In this document: piece after piece, positions 9,039 to 19,900 of the stretch
Position numbering within the stretch: the first letter of the stretch is position 1
How the letters are laid out: each line of letters opens with the position of its first letter
IMG/VR virus record: IMGVR_UViG_3300042468_000162
Coordinates: 1-57,370 of that record
Direction: 5' to 3' (one strand)
DNA length: 57,370 nt
Source of the DNA: a virus
Lineage: Duplodnaviria > Caudoviricetes
Translations under genes and position numbers: made by a program
Notes under the pieces: generated by a model
What the model saw: only the letters and a program-made list of their open reading frames with translations
Databases searched by the model: none
What the model was told of the DNA's origin: nothing

Positions 9039-9421
9039 TGAATAAAGATGCTATCATTAACCAGCTTGAAAGGATCTATGCTAACCTAGTGGCACTAGGA
9101 ACTTATTATTTCCATGAGCATTGTGAATACAATAGTAACTATGCAGCTACTGGAGATATTGATACTGTAGAATTTGGATTGTGGGATGCAGAATTACGGA
9201 TTAAAGAAGTTATTCAATTGTTAGAAGAGTCATATGGAGCAAGCAATGGATTCAGAGATGCCAGAGATTTTAATGACACGGAATCTTGGGAAACATCCAA
9301 GTGGACTTACGATGCAGGAATGGCTATGGCCTTTCAAGACTGCGGAACAGAGAAAGCTAGTAGCAAAGTATCACAAGAAGATTCAGAAGCAGCAGCGCAA
9401 GAAGCAATTAGACGATATTGA
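9038..9421 (+). CDS. Hypothetical protein
   Basis: TAATG-coupled start; 3' half overlaps the 9234-9437 ORF. Confidence 0.55.
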   Translation: MNKDAIINQLERIYANLVALGTYYFHEHCEYNSNYAATGDIDTVEFGLWDAELRIKEVIQLLEESYGASNGFRDARDFNDTESWETSKWTYDAGMAMAFQDCGTEKASSKVSQEDSEAAAQEAIRRY

Positions 9422-9437
9422 ACTTGCACCCTTTTAA
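9234..9437 (+). CDS. Hypothetical small basic protein
   Basis: Protein-like composition; stop lies just before the next RBS. Confidence 0.5.
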   Translation: MEQAMDSEMPEILMTRNLGKHPSGLTMQEWLWPFKTAEQRKLVAKYHKKIQKQQRKKQLDDIELAPF

Positions 9438-9454
9438 CTTAATAGGAGAAAACT

Positions 9455-9766
9455 ATGACTTACATTAAAGTAGACGATGAGATGGCAGATAAAATCTTAC
9501 GTGATGGATTAGTTGAAAGCTACTTCACAACGGAAGATATGATTGAAGCTGCCGAAACAAAGGAAGAAGCAGGTGAAAAACTTAAACCCTATCAGCAAGA
9601 AGACCTTGAGTACAATAGAAAATACCTTAAAGCACTCAAAAGAGTTATCGAACACTTTAGCGTCGGAGGAAACTTTAATGTCGAGGCTGAAAGACTTGAC
9701 TACTATGAAAGAAGTTATGACTCACCAGCCTACGTGCATGTCAAAGAAGACGAAGATGAAAACTAA
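9455..9766 (+). CDS. Hypothetical acidic protein
   Basis: Strong AGGAG RBS. Confidence 0.8.
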   Translation: MTYIKVDDEMADKILRDGLVESYFTTEDMIEAAETKEEAGEKLKPYQQEDLEYNRKYLKALKRVIEHFSVGGNFNVEAERLDYYERSYDSPAYVHVKEDEDEN

Positions 9767-10229
9767 TACATTGGAAAGTCCAGATAGGTTTGACTTAGAG
9801 CAATCTATCATGGCTGTGTGGGGCTTAGAGGACGATTTAGATGCTCTCTTTTGTTATCTTTATGATACAGCGGCAGATCCAGACACTGTAGCTAACGCTT
9901 TGCTTGGGGCAAAGGTACTACACACAGCCCGATGCACTAAGCTGTGGGACATCTTTACTAAGCTTAATCAAACTAAGCAGTTTGCCAATGTATCTTCAGA
10001 TACGGTAGATGAACGTGTCTCTGATTTAAAGGCACACATTGAAGAGTTAAGGCAAGACAATGCTAACTTGCTAGCTGCCTTACATGAAAGCTACGAGAAT
10101 TGTGAAAGCATTGTGAAGTATGAGGGTCTAGGGCCAGGACAATCACAGCAAGGTATGAGTCTTCGTGATCAACTTGCAAATGCTATTAGACTAAAGGCTA
10201 AGGAAGTAAGTGAGGAGTATCTTAAGTAA
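9756..10229 (+). CDS. Hypothetical coiled-coil protein
   Basis: Start trimmed to ATG 9756, which overlaps the upstream stop. Confidence 0.7.
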   Translation: MKTNTLESPDRFDLEQSIMAVWGLEDDLDALFCYLYDTAADPDTVANALLGAKVLHTARCTKLWDIFTKLNQTKQFANVSSDTVDERVSDLKAHIEELRQDNANLLAALHESYENCESIVKYEGLGPGQSQQGMSLRDQLANAIRLKAKEVSEEYLK

Positions 10230-10259
10230 TTGACATAGACAAATAGCTACATATAACTT
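10230..10259 (+). promoter_or_regulatory. Putative sigma70 promoter upstream of nrdB
   Basis: TTGACA at 10230, then TATAAC (16-nt spacer) or TAACTT (18-nt spacer). Confidence 0.55.
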
Positions 10260-10269
10260 TACTTCCCCT

Positions 10270-10296
10270 GGGCACTTTCATAGTGCCCTTTATTTT
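10270..10296 (+). terminator. Intrinsic terminator-like hairpin
   Basis: GGGCACT-ttcat-AGTGCCC followed by TTTATTTT. Confidence 0.65.
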
Positions 10297-10318
10297 CCCC
10301 TTTAACTTTGGAGTATCC

Positions 10319-11305
10319 ATGTCTGTAACAGCACCAAATACAACGTACAAACCCTTCACTTACCCATGGGCTATGGAGTATGCAGTTGAATCTGAAAAAG
10401 CTCACTGGGGGGAATGGGAAGCTAAGTTACAAGATGATGTAGCACAGTGGCAGAATGGCAAGTTGTCTGCCCAAGAAAAAAATCACATCACTCAAATCCT
10501 ACGATTGTTTACGCAGAGTGATGTAGCTGTAGGTACAAATTACTTAGAGCACTATGTACACAAATTTAAGAACAATGAAATCAGAGCTATGCTTACTAGC
10601 TTTGCTAATAGGGAGTTTGTTCATCAGCGTAGCTATGCCCTATTAAACGACACACTTGGATTACCAGAGGAAGAGTACTCAGCCTTCCTAGCATACAAGC
10701 AAATGCGTGATAAGATCGATTTCATGACACGAATAGATACCCATAGCCATGAAGGATTAGCGAAGGCTGTAGCTCGTTCTGTGATGAATGAGGGCATGTC
10801 TTTGTTTAGTGCCTTTGCCATGCTCTTAAATTATCAGAGATACGGTAAGATGAAGGGTATGTGTGAGATTGTTGAGTGGTCTATCCGTGATGAATCCATG
10901 CACTGTGAAGGTATGGTTAAACTGTTCAGGGAATTCTGTAAAGAGCATCCTCGTATTGTCACAGATGAATTTAAGAAAGATATCTATCAAATGTTCAGAG
11001 ATGGTGTAGCACTTGAGGATGCAGTCATTGATGGTGCATTTGAAATGGGTGGCATACAGGGCTTGACAGCAGATGATGTAAAAGGGTATATTCGCTACAT
11101 AGCAGATAGACGTTTAATTCAGCTAGGACTTAAGGGTAACTGGGGAGTTAAAACTAATCCGCTAGAGTGGCTTGATTGGATTGTTTCGGGTGACACACTG
11201 AAGAACTTCTTTGAGGGTGTAGTAACCGATTACAATGCAGCTGGTATGGTAGGTGATTGGGGATGGAAACACAATGAACCAGAGAAACACAAACTTGCAG
11301 CGTAA
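10319..11305 (+). CDS. nrdB: Class Ia ribonucleotide reductase beta subunit
   Basis: W...E, SDVAV, EFVHQRSY (Tyr radical), NEGMSLF, DESMH, NFFE; GGAG RBS before ATG 10319. Confidence 0.96.
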   Translation: MSVTAPNTTYKPFTYPWAMEYAVESEKAHWGEWEAKLQDDVAQWQNGKLSAQEKNHITQILRLFTQSDVAVGTNYLEHYVHKFKNNEIRAMLTSFANREFVHQRSYALLNDTLGLPEEEYSAFLAYKQMRDKIDFMTRIDTHSHEGLAKAVARSVMNEGMSLFSAFAMLLNYQRYGKMKGMCEIVEWSIRDESMHCEGMVKLFREFCKEHPRIVTDEFKKDIYQMFRDGVALEDAVIDGAFEMGGIQGLTADDVKGYIRYIADRRLIQLGLKGNWGVKTNPLEWLDWIVSGDTLKNFFEGVVTDYNAAGMVGDWGWKHNEPEKHKLAA

Positions 11306-11528
11306 TGATACACATTACAAGAAGGATCGTGTACCGCCTTTATCCATTCAATATGATAAAGGTAGGTATGCCTTCACTAGAGGGTGGATTGCTAACCCAT
11401 ACAGTGAAGATGATCCAGGGAAAGAATGGCAACGTAAAGAGTGGCAGCGAGGATTTGATGCTGCCTATTTTGATAACCTCAGTAAATTAAAGGATAAGCA
11501 TGGAACAGCAACAAACATTCACAATTAA
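11274..11528 (+). CDS. Small protein with an Rmf/CrpP-like motif
   Basis: G.YAF.RG...NPY......W.RGF pattern; start uncertain. Confidence 0.5.
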   Translation: MNQRNTNLQRNDTHYKKDRVPPLSIQYDKGRYAFTRGWIANPYSEDDPGKEWQRKEWQRGFDAAYFDNLSKLKDKHGTATNIHN

Positions 11529-11685
11529 TTTTACACCTGCAGGATTACAGGCAGTAGTCGATGTACTACGTAAGTTGCCTAATGAGTCTAATCTCTACCC
11601 ATTGCTCAAGGACATTGAGCAACAGGCAGTAAATCAAATGAAGAAAGAAGAAACTAAAGAGACTATCGAAGAGCCTCAAGCCTAG
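11500..11685 (+). CDS. Hypothetical protein, last gene of the plus arm
   Basis: AAGGA RBS; overlaps convergently with the 11663 ORF. Confidence 0.7.
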   Translation: MEQQQTFTINFTPAGLQAVVDVLRKLPNESNLYPLLKDIEQQAVNQMKKEETKETIEEPQA

Positions 11686-14600
11686 GGGCATATCGATACA
11701 CAGCTTTGTAATCTTTAGTATCCTCAATAGTCTTGCCATCATTGTCACGTTTATACATTTCATTGATGGCTAGACGCTTCTCTTGTGACAGGGCATTGTA
11801 GGCCATCTTGTCTACACGTTCCCTGTCTTCCTTAAGCATCTTACCTTGAACCTTAGCACGTGCAGGTGACATAGCATCTTGCATTGTATTTGCTAGGGCT
11901 ACTTTCTTCTCACGTTCAGTGGCACTATTGTATCTGTCACTGTTTATAAGTTTAGTTATTCTAGGTTCTACAAACTGTCTAGAAGCTTCAATGACTGCAC
12001 GATCATACACTTTATCCCCAGTAGATACAAAGAATCTGTATGGATCTACATTGAGTTTAGTGAACTCTTTCTCTATCTCATTGACACGTGGTACGACACG
12101 GAAGCCAGACAGTATGTTGAAGAATTCACCTGCCCGTACAGGCTCCTCCTCACGTAAGTAACGCATAGCTACAGGTAGCTCTTCTTTCAATCCTGGTAGT
12201 TTAGATTTAATGCGATTCATAGCTGTCTCAGACACAATGTCTTCGCCAGTGATTACATTAGGATCTCTAGCTAATTGTGATTCACGGTCCATTAAATCAA
12301 AGTAAGCAAAGAAAGGTTGTCCTGGCTGAATGAATCGACCTGCAAAGTCACCTAAGATCTGACCCATTGCTTTCTTAAACTTGTCAGCTTCTTTACCTTC
12401 ACCTGCCATAAGTTCAGGCAGGCTATCAAGAATAGTTTTCTGTGTACCTGCAGGCATCTTCATACCTGCTATAGCTTCCATAGCCTCTGATACTTTAGCA
12501 TCTTCAAACTTGCCTAGCTTCATCTTAGCTGCAAGATCACCTACAGCTAGCCATGGACCTGCGGGGAAGATAGCACGTACATCAACGGTACTGCCGTCCT
12601 CACCTTGTACGTTGTACCACTCCGTATCTTGATTCTCCATACGATATTTATAGGCTGCATACAAAGCTGCAGTGCCTACTGTACCTCTAGAGAACTTCTC
12701 TAATCCATCACGATATAAACGATTAGCACCTTCTTGATCAGTGAGAGCACGTTTACCTGCAGCTAAGATATCGGACATGCCAGATGCAGCACCGAAGGGA
12801 CTATACTTGTACTGGAATGCCATAGCATTAGTCATGAATCGTGGGAAGGTTACAAGTAAACTACCCCCAGGAAGATTCTCAAAGAAGCTTACAAACTTAC
12901 TAGCTACCCCCTCAGCCTGTGCTTCCATAGTAACCTGCCCCTTACGCTGGGGCTTTGGCATATACGAGAAGGTAGCCTTAAGTGCTTCATCCCCTGCATT
13001 CTTTAGAACATCAGGAGGTATAGTCTTATCATTGGCAATAAGATCGTACATATCAATGCCTACACGCCTAAGCTGTCTTTCTACACTAGAAGTAAATACA
13101 GCCTTACGAAATAGTGCATCTTGTGCTACGTTCAATGTATTAGCCACACGTGCAGCTTTACTTAAATTCTCATTGCCTGTTTCTTGTAAAGCACTAAATA
13201 TCTGTTTCTGTATAGCAGGGTTATCCGCTAGTAATTTATCTACAACTTCAGAAGTAAATCCAGTGTTTGTTAAATAGGCAGCAGTACCAAAGGCATCCTG
13301 TATAATACCTCTCATACCCTTAGTTAGATCACCTCGTTGGTATGTACCATCGGCAGCAGTCTTAAGTACTTTACCTGTCTCGTAGATAGTGCCCTCCAAG
13401 AGTCTGGATGCAGCATCTAAAGTAAGAGCACCCGTAGAGCCATAGATGTTCCTGACCGTAGTACCAATACTTGATACTACAAGTGCTTTAGATTCTTTCT
13501 CCAGACGTTTAATGGCATTACCAAACATGCCCATAGCGGATGTCATGTCTTCACTACGACCATACATCTGCTTTATTAATGCATCTGTCTCTGGATCTAA
13601 GTCACTTAATCTACCTAGTACACGAGCAAGTGAGCTGTATCCCTGCATCACATTGGCTGCATCACCTACAGTAGCCAAGGAAGCCTGGGCAAATTCAGCA
13701 GGGGTTACATTAGCTCTCTTCAGTGCAGCTTCTAATGTAATGTCATCAATCTTATCGGTAGCCATAAACAAATCACGTACTGCTTCACTGACTAGCTGCC
13801 CCTTCTTAGGACGGAAAGTAGGATCGGCAATCATGACGTACTTAGCTACATCAATAGCCCTACGATTAATGTCTGTACGTATCTGTGCTTGTGTTAGTTC
13901 TGTCTGGGGAGATAGCTCATCAAGTGTCTTTTTGCCTTCAAAGATATCAAACTGCTTTAAGATATCTTCCATCTCACGATCAAAAGCTTGTGTCACTTGC
14001 TGTGCAGCTTGGTTACCTGCAGGTGTACGCTTAGCTGCAAGTCTATCTTCTAGATCTTTCTTATATGTAGCAGGCTTACGTGCTACACCAGCAGCTTCAA
14101 AGCCACTGAATACTGAGCCTAATACACCTGCAAAGGCAGCTTCAGTGACATCTACAGGACCTTCCTTAGCCCCACTCTCAATCCTAATACGTTGCTGTAC
14201 AACATTAGACCCAGCAGATATAGGGGCTTCTACAGCAGCGGCAGTCATACCTGTACGCAGAGGAGTACCGAATACTTTCTTTAAGAATTGTCTAGCGGCT
14301 GCATACTTACCGAATGATCCAATGCCAAAGCCCGTATAGGTAAGAGGATCACTGGCAATGGACATGGCAGTTTCAGCATAAGGTCTTATACCTTCTTGTC
14401 CACCTTTACTTATAGCAAACGGTACACGATCCCACAAATCAATAGCTTTACCTGCCTTCTCTGCATCTGCAGGTTTAGCATTAGCAATCCAGTTTAGTTC
14501 AGGTACTGCATTGAGTGTTGTGTTATATTCAATCTTACGCATCTCAGTAGCAAACCGTTTAGCGTAATCTTCATTGGATTCATCTTTCTTCTGCTCACCT

Positions 14601-14932
14601 GCCTTGCCAAATCTAGCTGTCATATAATCTTTAATGACAGCAAAGTTCTCCGGCTTCTGGTACAAGTCAACAAAGTCTACTTTATTCTCACGTTCGTATC
14701 GTTCTATATCAGCACGATCTTCCCGCTGCTTAGCCATAATACCCTTTGTCATCTGTACAATTTTAGGTGCAGGTTTACCATACTCCTTAAATACAGACGA
14801 GGGCTTATAGTTAGCTAAGTCATTAGCAGTACCACTAACTTCTATCTTCGGTGTGCTATCCCATTTAATACCTTCATCTTTCTGGGGTACTACAGAAGGT
14901 ATAGGGTCCCACTTAATGTTTTCATCTGCCAT
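11663..14932 (-). CDS. Large putative internal virion (ejection) protein
   Basis: 1089 aa, helical and Ala-rich, distal end of the structural arm; function inferred from position. Confidence 0.65.
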   Translation of the reverse strand: MADENIKWDPIPSVVPQKDEGIKWDSTPKIEVSGTANDLANYKPSSVFKEYGKPAPKIVQMTKGIMAKQREDRADIERYERENKVDFVDLYQKPENFAVIKDYMTARFGKAGEQKKDESNEDYAKRFATEMRKIEYNTTLNAVPELNWIANAKPADAEKAGKAIDLWDRVPFAISKGGQEGIRPYAETAMSIASDPLTYTGFGIGSFGKYAAARQFLKKVFGTPLRTGMTAAAVEAPISAGSNVVQQRIRIESGAKEGPVDVTEAAFAGVLGSVFSGFEAAGVARKPATYKKDLEDRLAAKRTPAGNQAAQQVTQAFDREMEDILKQFDIFEGKKTLDELSPQTELTQAQIRTDINRRAIDVAKYVMIADPTFRPKKGQLVSEAVRDLFMATDKIDDITLEAALKRANVTPAEFAQASLATVGDAANVMQGYSSLARVLGRLSDLDPETDALIKQMYGRSEDMTSAMGMFGNAIKRLEKESKALVVSSIGTTVRNIYGSTGALTLDAASRLLEGTIYETGKVLKTAADGTYQRGDLTKGMRGIIQDAFGTAAYLTNTGFTSEVVDKLLADNPAIQKQIFSALQETGNENLSKAARVANTLNVAQDALFRKAVFTSSVERQLRRVGIDMYDLIANDKTIPPDVLKNAGDEALKATFSYMPKPQRKGQVTMEAQAEGVASKFVSFFENLPGGSLLVTFPRFMTNAMAFQYKYSPFGAASGMSDILAAGKRALTDQEGANRLYRDGLEKFSRGTVGTAALYAAYKYRMENQDTEWYNVQGEDGSTVDVRAIFPAGPWLAVGDLAAKMKLGKFEDAKVSEAMEAIAGMKMPAGTQKTILDSLPELMAGEGKEADKFKKAMGQILGDFAGRFIQPGQPFFAYFDLMDRESQLARDPNVITGEDIVSETAMNRIKSKLPGLKEELPVAMRYLREEEPVRAGEFFNILSGFRVVPRVNEIEKEFTKLNVDPYRFFVSTGDKVYDRAVIEASRQFVEPRITKLINSDRYNSATEREKKVALANTMQDAMSPARAKVQGKMLKEDRERVDKMAYNALSQEKRLAINEMYKRDNDGKTIEDTKDYKAVYRYAPRLEALR

Positions 14933-16245
14933 TACTGGATCTCACGAGTACCATCAGAGTATTCAATGACTTTCTTACCTTTATCTGGACCGGACTGTAC
15001 CGTACCTGTACGCACAACTGTCTTAGTCTTAGCACGTGCAGCAGATACACTAGAAGCAGCGGTAGGTGCAGGAGATGGAGGTGCTGATGATGGTGCTGCT
15101 TCACCTAATATGGGAACACCATTCTTGTCTGTCTTGATACCGAAAGAAGCTAGTGCCTCTCGCATACCTTGGGGAACACGACCCTGTGTATCGGATACAG
15201 TATCAAGTACCGATTTAATCTGTGTATTGACAGCCCCATTGAGGATACCACGAGCTTCAGGATCAATGCCCTTAACCAGCATACGACCATCTGCTGAATC
15301 CACAAACGTAGCTCCACCAAGTCTGTTCTCCACATTTGCAATAGCTGTACGTTCTGCATTCTTAAGAAGCCTAAAGAAGTCAGTACGAGTGGGTGCTTTA
15401 TCTTCACCTTTCTCTGGAGCTTTACCTAGGCTGGACAATTCAAGAATACGAGCATTAAGTTGTTTTTTCTTTGTTGGATCATCTGTATTAGCATATTCAA
15501 TTTTTAAATTATCGACAATGGCAGCAAATCTATCTGGCTTGTCTACCTTACCCAAATTCATATACGAGGATATCTCAGTAGCAAGTGCCTCTTTTGTCAC
15601 TGGATCTGTAGACATAGACCATGCATCTTTGAGTGCACGTAAATCCCTTTCAAATGTAGTGAGCTTTTCTTTCTCTGGTTTAGCTAGTGTCTCAAATTTA
15701 ATACGCCCACCTTCAGCAGGAGCCATTAAACCTTTAGGCTTAGTTGCCTCTTCTTCAGTAACACCTGCAGCTTTAAGGTATTTACTACGAACCTCTTCAC
15801 CTGCAGTTGAACGTAAACCAAATGCGGTACGATCTTGCATGGCAGGTAAATCAAGTCTGGGTATCCTACGGTCTGTCTCACCTGCAATGTACTCACTAGG
15901 ACTCATTACAGGGCCTGTAGCCTCTTGAATAAGCTCAGATGGCTTGTAGGTCTTACCTTGTTCTGTTTGTGCCTCTATGACCCCTTTAATGAGTGTATCA
16001 GCCTGTCCACTCTGCAACACAGTAGTGATTTGTGTATCTGTAATATCAGGCAATAAAGATTTTAATTGTTTAGCCTGGGTAGTAAGTTCTTCCTTACGTT
16101 TCTCAGCAATAGCTTCTGCACGTTTACGGGATTCGTACCAAGACTCCATAAGGATCTTATTATCCTCACGGATCTCTTTATCACGTTTATTGATTTCTTC
16201 TACAGCCTGAGTAGCAAACCCAGTAAAGAAAGATGCAAAGCTCAT
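14932..16245 (-). CDS. Putative internal virion protein
   Basis: 437 aa, coupled to both neighbours; N-terminal FxxGF followed by coiled coil. Confidence 0.6.
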   Translation of the reverse strand: MSFASFFTGFATQAVEEINKRDKEIREDNKILMESWYESRKRAEAIAEKRKEELTTQAKQLKSLLPDITDTQITTVLQSGQADTLIKGVIEAQTEQGKTYKPSELIQEATGPVMSPSEYIAGETDRRIPRLDLPAMQDRTAFGLRSTAGEEVRSKYLKAAGVTEEEATKPKGLMAPAEGGRIKFETLAKPEKEKLTTFERDLRALKDAWSMSTDPVTKEALATEISSYMNLGKVDKPDRFAAIVDNLKIEYANTDDPTKKKQLNARILELSSLGKAPEKGEDKAPTRTDFFRLLKNAERTAIANVENRLGGATFVDSADGRMLVKGIDPEARGILNGAVNTQIKSVLDTVSDTQGRVPQGMREALASFGIKTDKNGVPILGEAAPSSAPPSPAPTAASSVSAARAKTKTVVRTGTVQSGPDKGKKVIEYSDGTREIQ

Positions 16246-16739
16246 TACATGCTCCCCCTAGACATCAAACCCTGCTTAGGCATGGTAGTATTGATCATAG
16301 GTTCATTATAAGGTTCATAGGACTCTATATTTTGCATAGCATCTTTAACTACAGACCTAGCTACACTACGAGGTACACGTTTCTCTTTCTCTATATTCTT
16401 ATAGGATTCTACATATTCAGTGTCTGTTGCATCTGCTACGTACATTAATAGTTCACGAACAATAGGATTCACTAAGAATGCTACATCGAGCGTATGAATG
16501 CCATTCATGACACTAGAAGTAGTCACTATATCTGCCAATGTTTCAATGTCTATCTTTTCTTCAAGGGCAGTTATAATGTAATCAGATACTTCTTCGTCAA
16601 GTAATCTTTCTGTATAGTATTTAAATGCCTCTTCGACAGTGTTAAGTTGAGATGGATTTTCCCAGGGTACATTCCTAGGTTGACCTGTTAGTGACATGCC
16701 AGGGACAGCACCTTGTAGAAACTTAGTATCCATGATCAA
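16245..16739 (-). CDS. Hypothetical structural-module protein
   Basis: PGMSLT..P...PWE.P motif; coupled ORF. Confidence 0.7.
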   Translation of the reverse strand: MIMDTKFLQGAVPGMSLTGQPRNVPWENPSQLNTVEEAFKYYTERLLDEEVSDYIITALEEKIDIETLADIVTTSSVMNGIHTLDVAFLVNPIVRELLMYVADATDTEYVESYKNIEKEKRVPRSVARSVVKDAMQNIESYEPYNEPMINTTMPKQGLMSRGSM

Positions 16740-16961
16740 TTACTCCGCTACTTTGTCTTTAAGGGACATTCTCATCATACGTATGTCATGCACATAATCA
16801 GCAATACGCCCCATCATGTCATCATCTGTGGGCATGTCTTTGGTAGGTTTTACTGGTACACTTTTAGAGGTCTTAGCAAGTAAGCCTTTTCCTGTAGGTT
16901 TGCTATGGGAGTTCATACGCTCAGCTACAAGCTTTTCAATTTTAGTAATATATTTATTCAT
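16740..16961 (-). CDS. Hypothetical protein
   Basis: 73-aa ORF packed in the operon. Confidence 0.65.
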   Translation of the reverse strand: MNKYITKIEKLVAERMNSHSKPTGKGLLAKTSKSVPVKPTKDMPTDDDMMGRIADYVHDIRMMRMSLKDKVAE

Positions 16962-16964
16962 AGT

Positions 16965-19900
16965 TTAACCTGGGGGTGGCGTAGCAATGTTAATATCAAA
17001 ACTAGACAATTCTGATATTAAGTTATTAAAGGTCGTGTCATCAATACCTAATGTCTCTGCGGACAATTCATTTAAGCTTATAGTGTTAGATCCAGTTAAA
17101 GTGCCTGAAAACCCTTTAATAGCATTAGTAGCCCATGTAGCTATATCACCTGCAATGGTTGTCTTACCTAATATAGCTGCAGTTACAGCACCAGCAGCTT
17201 GGTATGCACCTGCAGTACGTTGAGCTTTAGCTGCCTCAATCATGCCTTCTTTTTGCAGAGAAGCGATAGCTAAACGATTCTCACGATCTAGGTCATTCTC
17301 ACCTGCAGTAAAAGCAAATTGCATATTGTCACGATATGCCTGCCATTGATTGTTGTACTCTGCCATGCTAACTGCTAAAGCATTCTGAGCATTAATTTCA
17401 TTAGCTCTATTCTGTGCAGCCGTATTAGCAGTGGCAATATTTCTTCTCCACTCTGCATTTGATTGATCTACAATAAGTCTGTTTTGTGCATTGAATTGAT
17501 CTCTCTGATTCATTTGAGATGCATTAAACTGACTAAATGCATTATCTTGTGACACATTAAACTGTGATAGGGCATTGCTTTGTGAAGCATTGAACTGATT
17601 AACTTGAACCTTTAACCCATCATAGAATTGTGTAACTTGATTCTCGGAAGTAGCATTAAACTGTGCAGCTGCATTTTCAGCAGCAGCATCTGAAAGCATA
17701 ACTTGTGTAAGTTGCTGTGTCTTAAAGATAGCCATTTGCTGCTGAGCATCTAGATTACGCATGTCCATAGCTAAGAAGGCTCTAGCATTCTCTACTGCAG
17801 CTTGCTGTCTATTATTAAGATTAGCCATATCCATAGCTGCAATCGTAGCTGCATTCTGCAGTGTAGTTGCTTGTGCAGCATTTAAGTTGGCTATACTTAG
17901 AGACTTCATAATCTCTGAGTTTTGTAATGCAGCTTGCTGTTGTGCAGTAAATGTCAGGTTATTAGCTTCAGCTAAACGAGCAGAGTTAATTACAGCTGCC
18001 TGTTGCCTATTATCTAAATTCTTCATTTGCAATGCAGCATCTATTTGTGCATTAGCAAGTGCAGTTTGTTGCTTGTTACTTAGATTCTGAAGATCAACTT
18101 GCAAAGCATTAGCACTATTAGCGAGTGCAGTCTGCTGAAGGTTGTTTAAGTTAATATTATTGACTTCTGCATAACGTGCAGCATTAGCTATAGCTGCTTG
18201 TTGTTGATTGCTTAGGTTTTGACCTTGCAATGCAGCTTTAATTTGAGCATTGGCAATGACAGCCTGTTGCTTATTACTAAGGTTCTGAGACTGTAAAGCA
18301 AAGGCATTGGCTGAGTTTTGCAACTCAACCTGTTGCTCAGCATTAAAGTTAGCAAGCATAACACCTTGTTGTGCAGCTGCATTAGCCAAGGATACTTGCT
18401 GTCTATTATTAAGATTAGCAAGTCCCATATTAGCAAATGTTTGTGCATCTTGTGCTGCAATAGGTAGTGCAGATTCCATAGCAGCTTGTAAGATAGCTGC
18501 ACTTGCCATGGAAGATCCACCTAAACCTCTAGCTGCCATAGCTGCATTAGCTGCACGAATAGCACCAGCAGCCCATGCAGGTGTACCATCATCAAAAGAC
18601 TTCATGAGCTGAGTCAATTGACCTTGTACAGTAGCATTAGCGTCTACATTACCTTGAATAAATTCAGCTAACGTACCATCACTAACAGAGAATTTGCTAA
18701 GCTTTTTGGCTACAGCTATAGCATCCGTAGCTAAACCTGAATCGACAATAGCTTCAGCATATGCCATATCTTCAGGTTTAATGGTAGCTGCAGTGACTAA
18801 CTCTTGAGTAGATACGGCACGAGTAGCTGCAGTAATAGTGGCTACAGTACCCATAGTAGCTGCAGTAGCAGTAACTGCAGTTTCATCTGTAGCTGCAGTG
18901 ATTGTTTCACCAGGGGCTACCGTACGAGTACCTGCAGTTAAAGTAGATACAGGAGCAGCAGTTAATGTAGCTGCAGTAGCACCACTAGATACAGTACCTG
19001 TTACAGCTGCAAGTGTTGTGCTTACGCTGCCTGTAATAGCAGATACTTTCTCTAACTCTTTAGTAAAAGCATCTTCTACAGTAGTTGCAGCCATTGTAAC
19101 AGCAGTACCAGTACCTACAGTGGCTACAGTTGTAGCACCTGAAACAGTTTTAGCTGTCACTGTAGTCAGTGAGGGTAGCGTAGAGACTGTCAATTCTTGA
19201 TTAGTATCTGTTGCTAGTGTTACAGCTGAAAGCGTTGTTATAGTAGGTTTAGATAAACCTGAGAATAGATTATCTACCACATTACTTGTACTCCTGGTTG
19301 TACCTGCCGTAGTTACGGTCGCTCGTGCTGTTGTTGCAGCTGTAGTTGTGTTAGCGAATAGCGTCGTTATAGGGGCTTTAGTCGTAGTCCCAGTTGTAGT
19401 AGCTACTGTAGTGGTTGGTACAGTTGTAATAGTCCCAGTAGTAGCCCTAGTAGTAGTTGGATTAGTTTCTACATCAAGCCTAGTATCCCCTGCACGAGTT
19501 GTAGTTGTAGGGGGCTGGGTAGTAGTAGTAGCCTGTGTAGTAGTAGCCTGTGTAGTAGTAGCTTGTGTAGTAGAAACCGATGCATATATCTCTGCATCAG
19601 AAAGCCCACTATTTACTCTTGAAGCAATTAAAAATCTAGGTAGACCTGTTTCACTAACTAGTCTGTCAATTCGTGCAGCTAGCTCATCAGCGGGTGCTAA
19701 TGTGACAGTAGCTTCAGTAACAAAAACAGGTTCGGTTGTAGGGGGTTGAGTTATTGGTGCACGGGTTGTAGGTGGTTGCGTTGTGGGAGCTTCAGTGACA
19801 GCAGGAGCTTCAGTGACAACAACAGGATCTGCCCTAAATGTTAGGTTAGATATTGCTCTATCTGCTTCATCTGCACTAAATCCAAACTTATTGACAAGTG

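Noticed and set aside
12381-16311. Long plus-strand ORFs (e.g. 13446-14339, 14966-15928)
   Set aside because: Antisense shadows of the minus-strand virion genes, with no RBS or recognisable motifs
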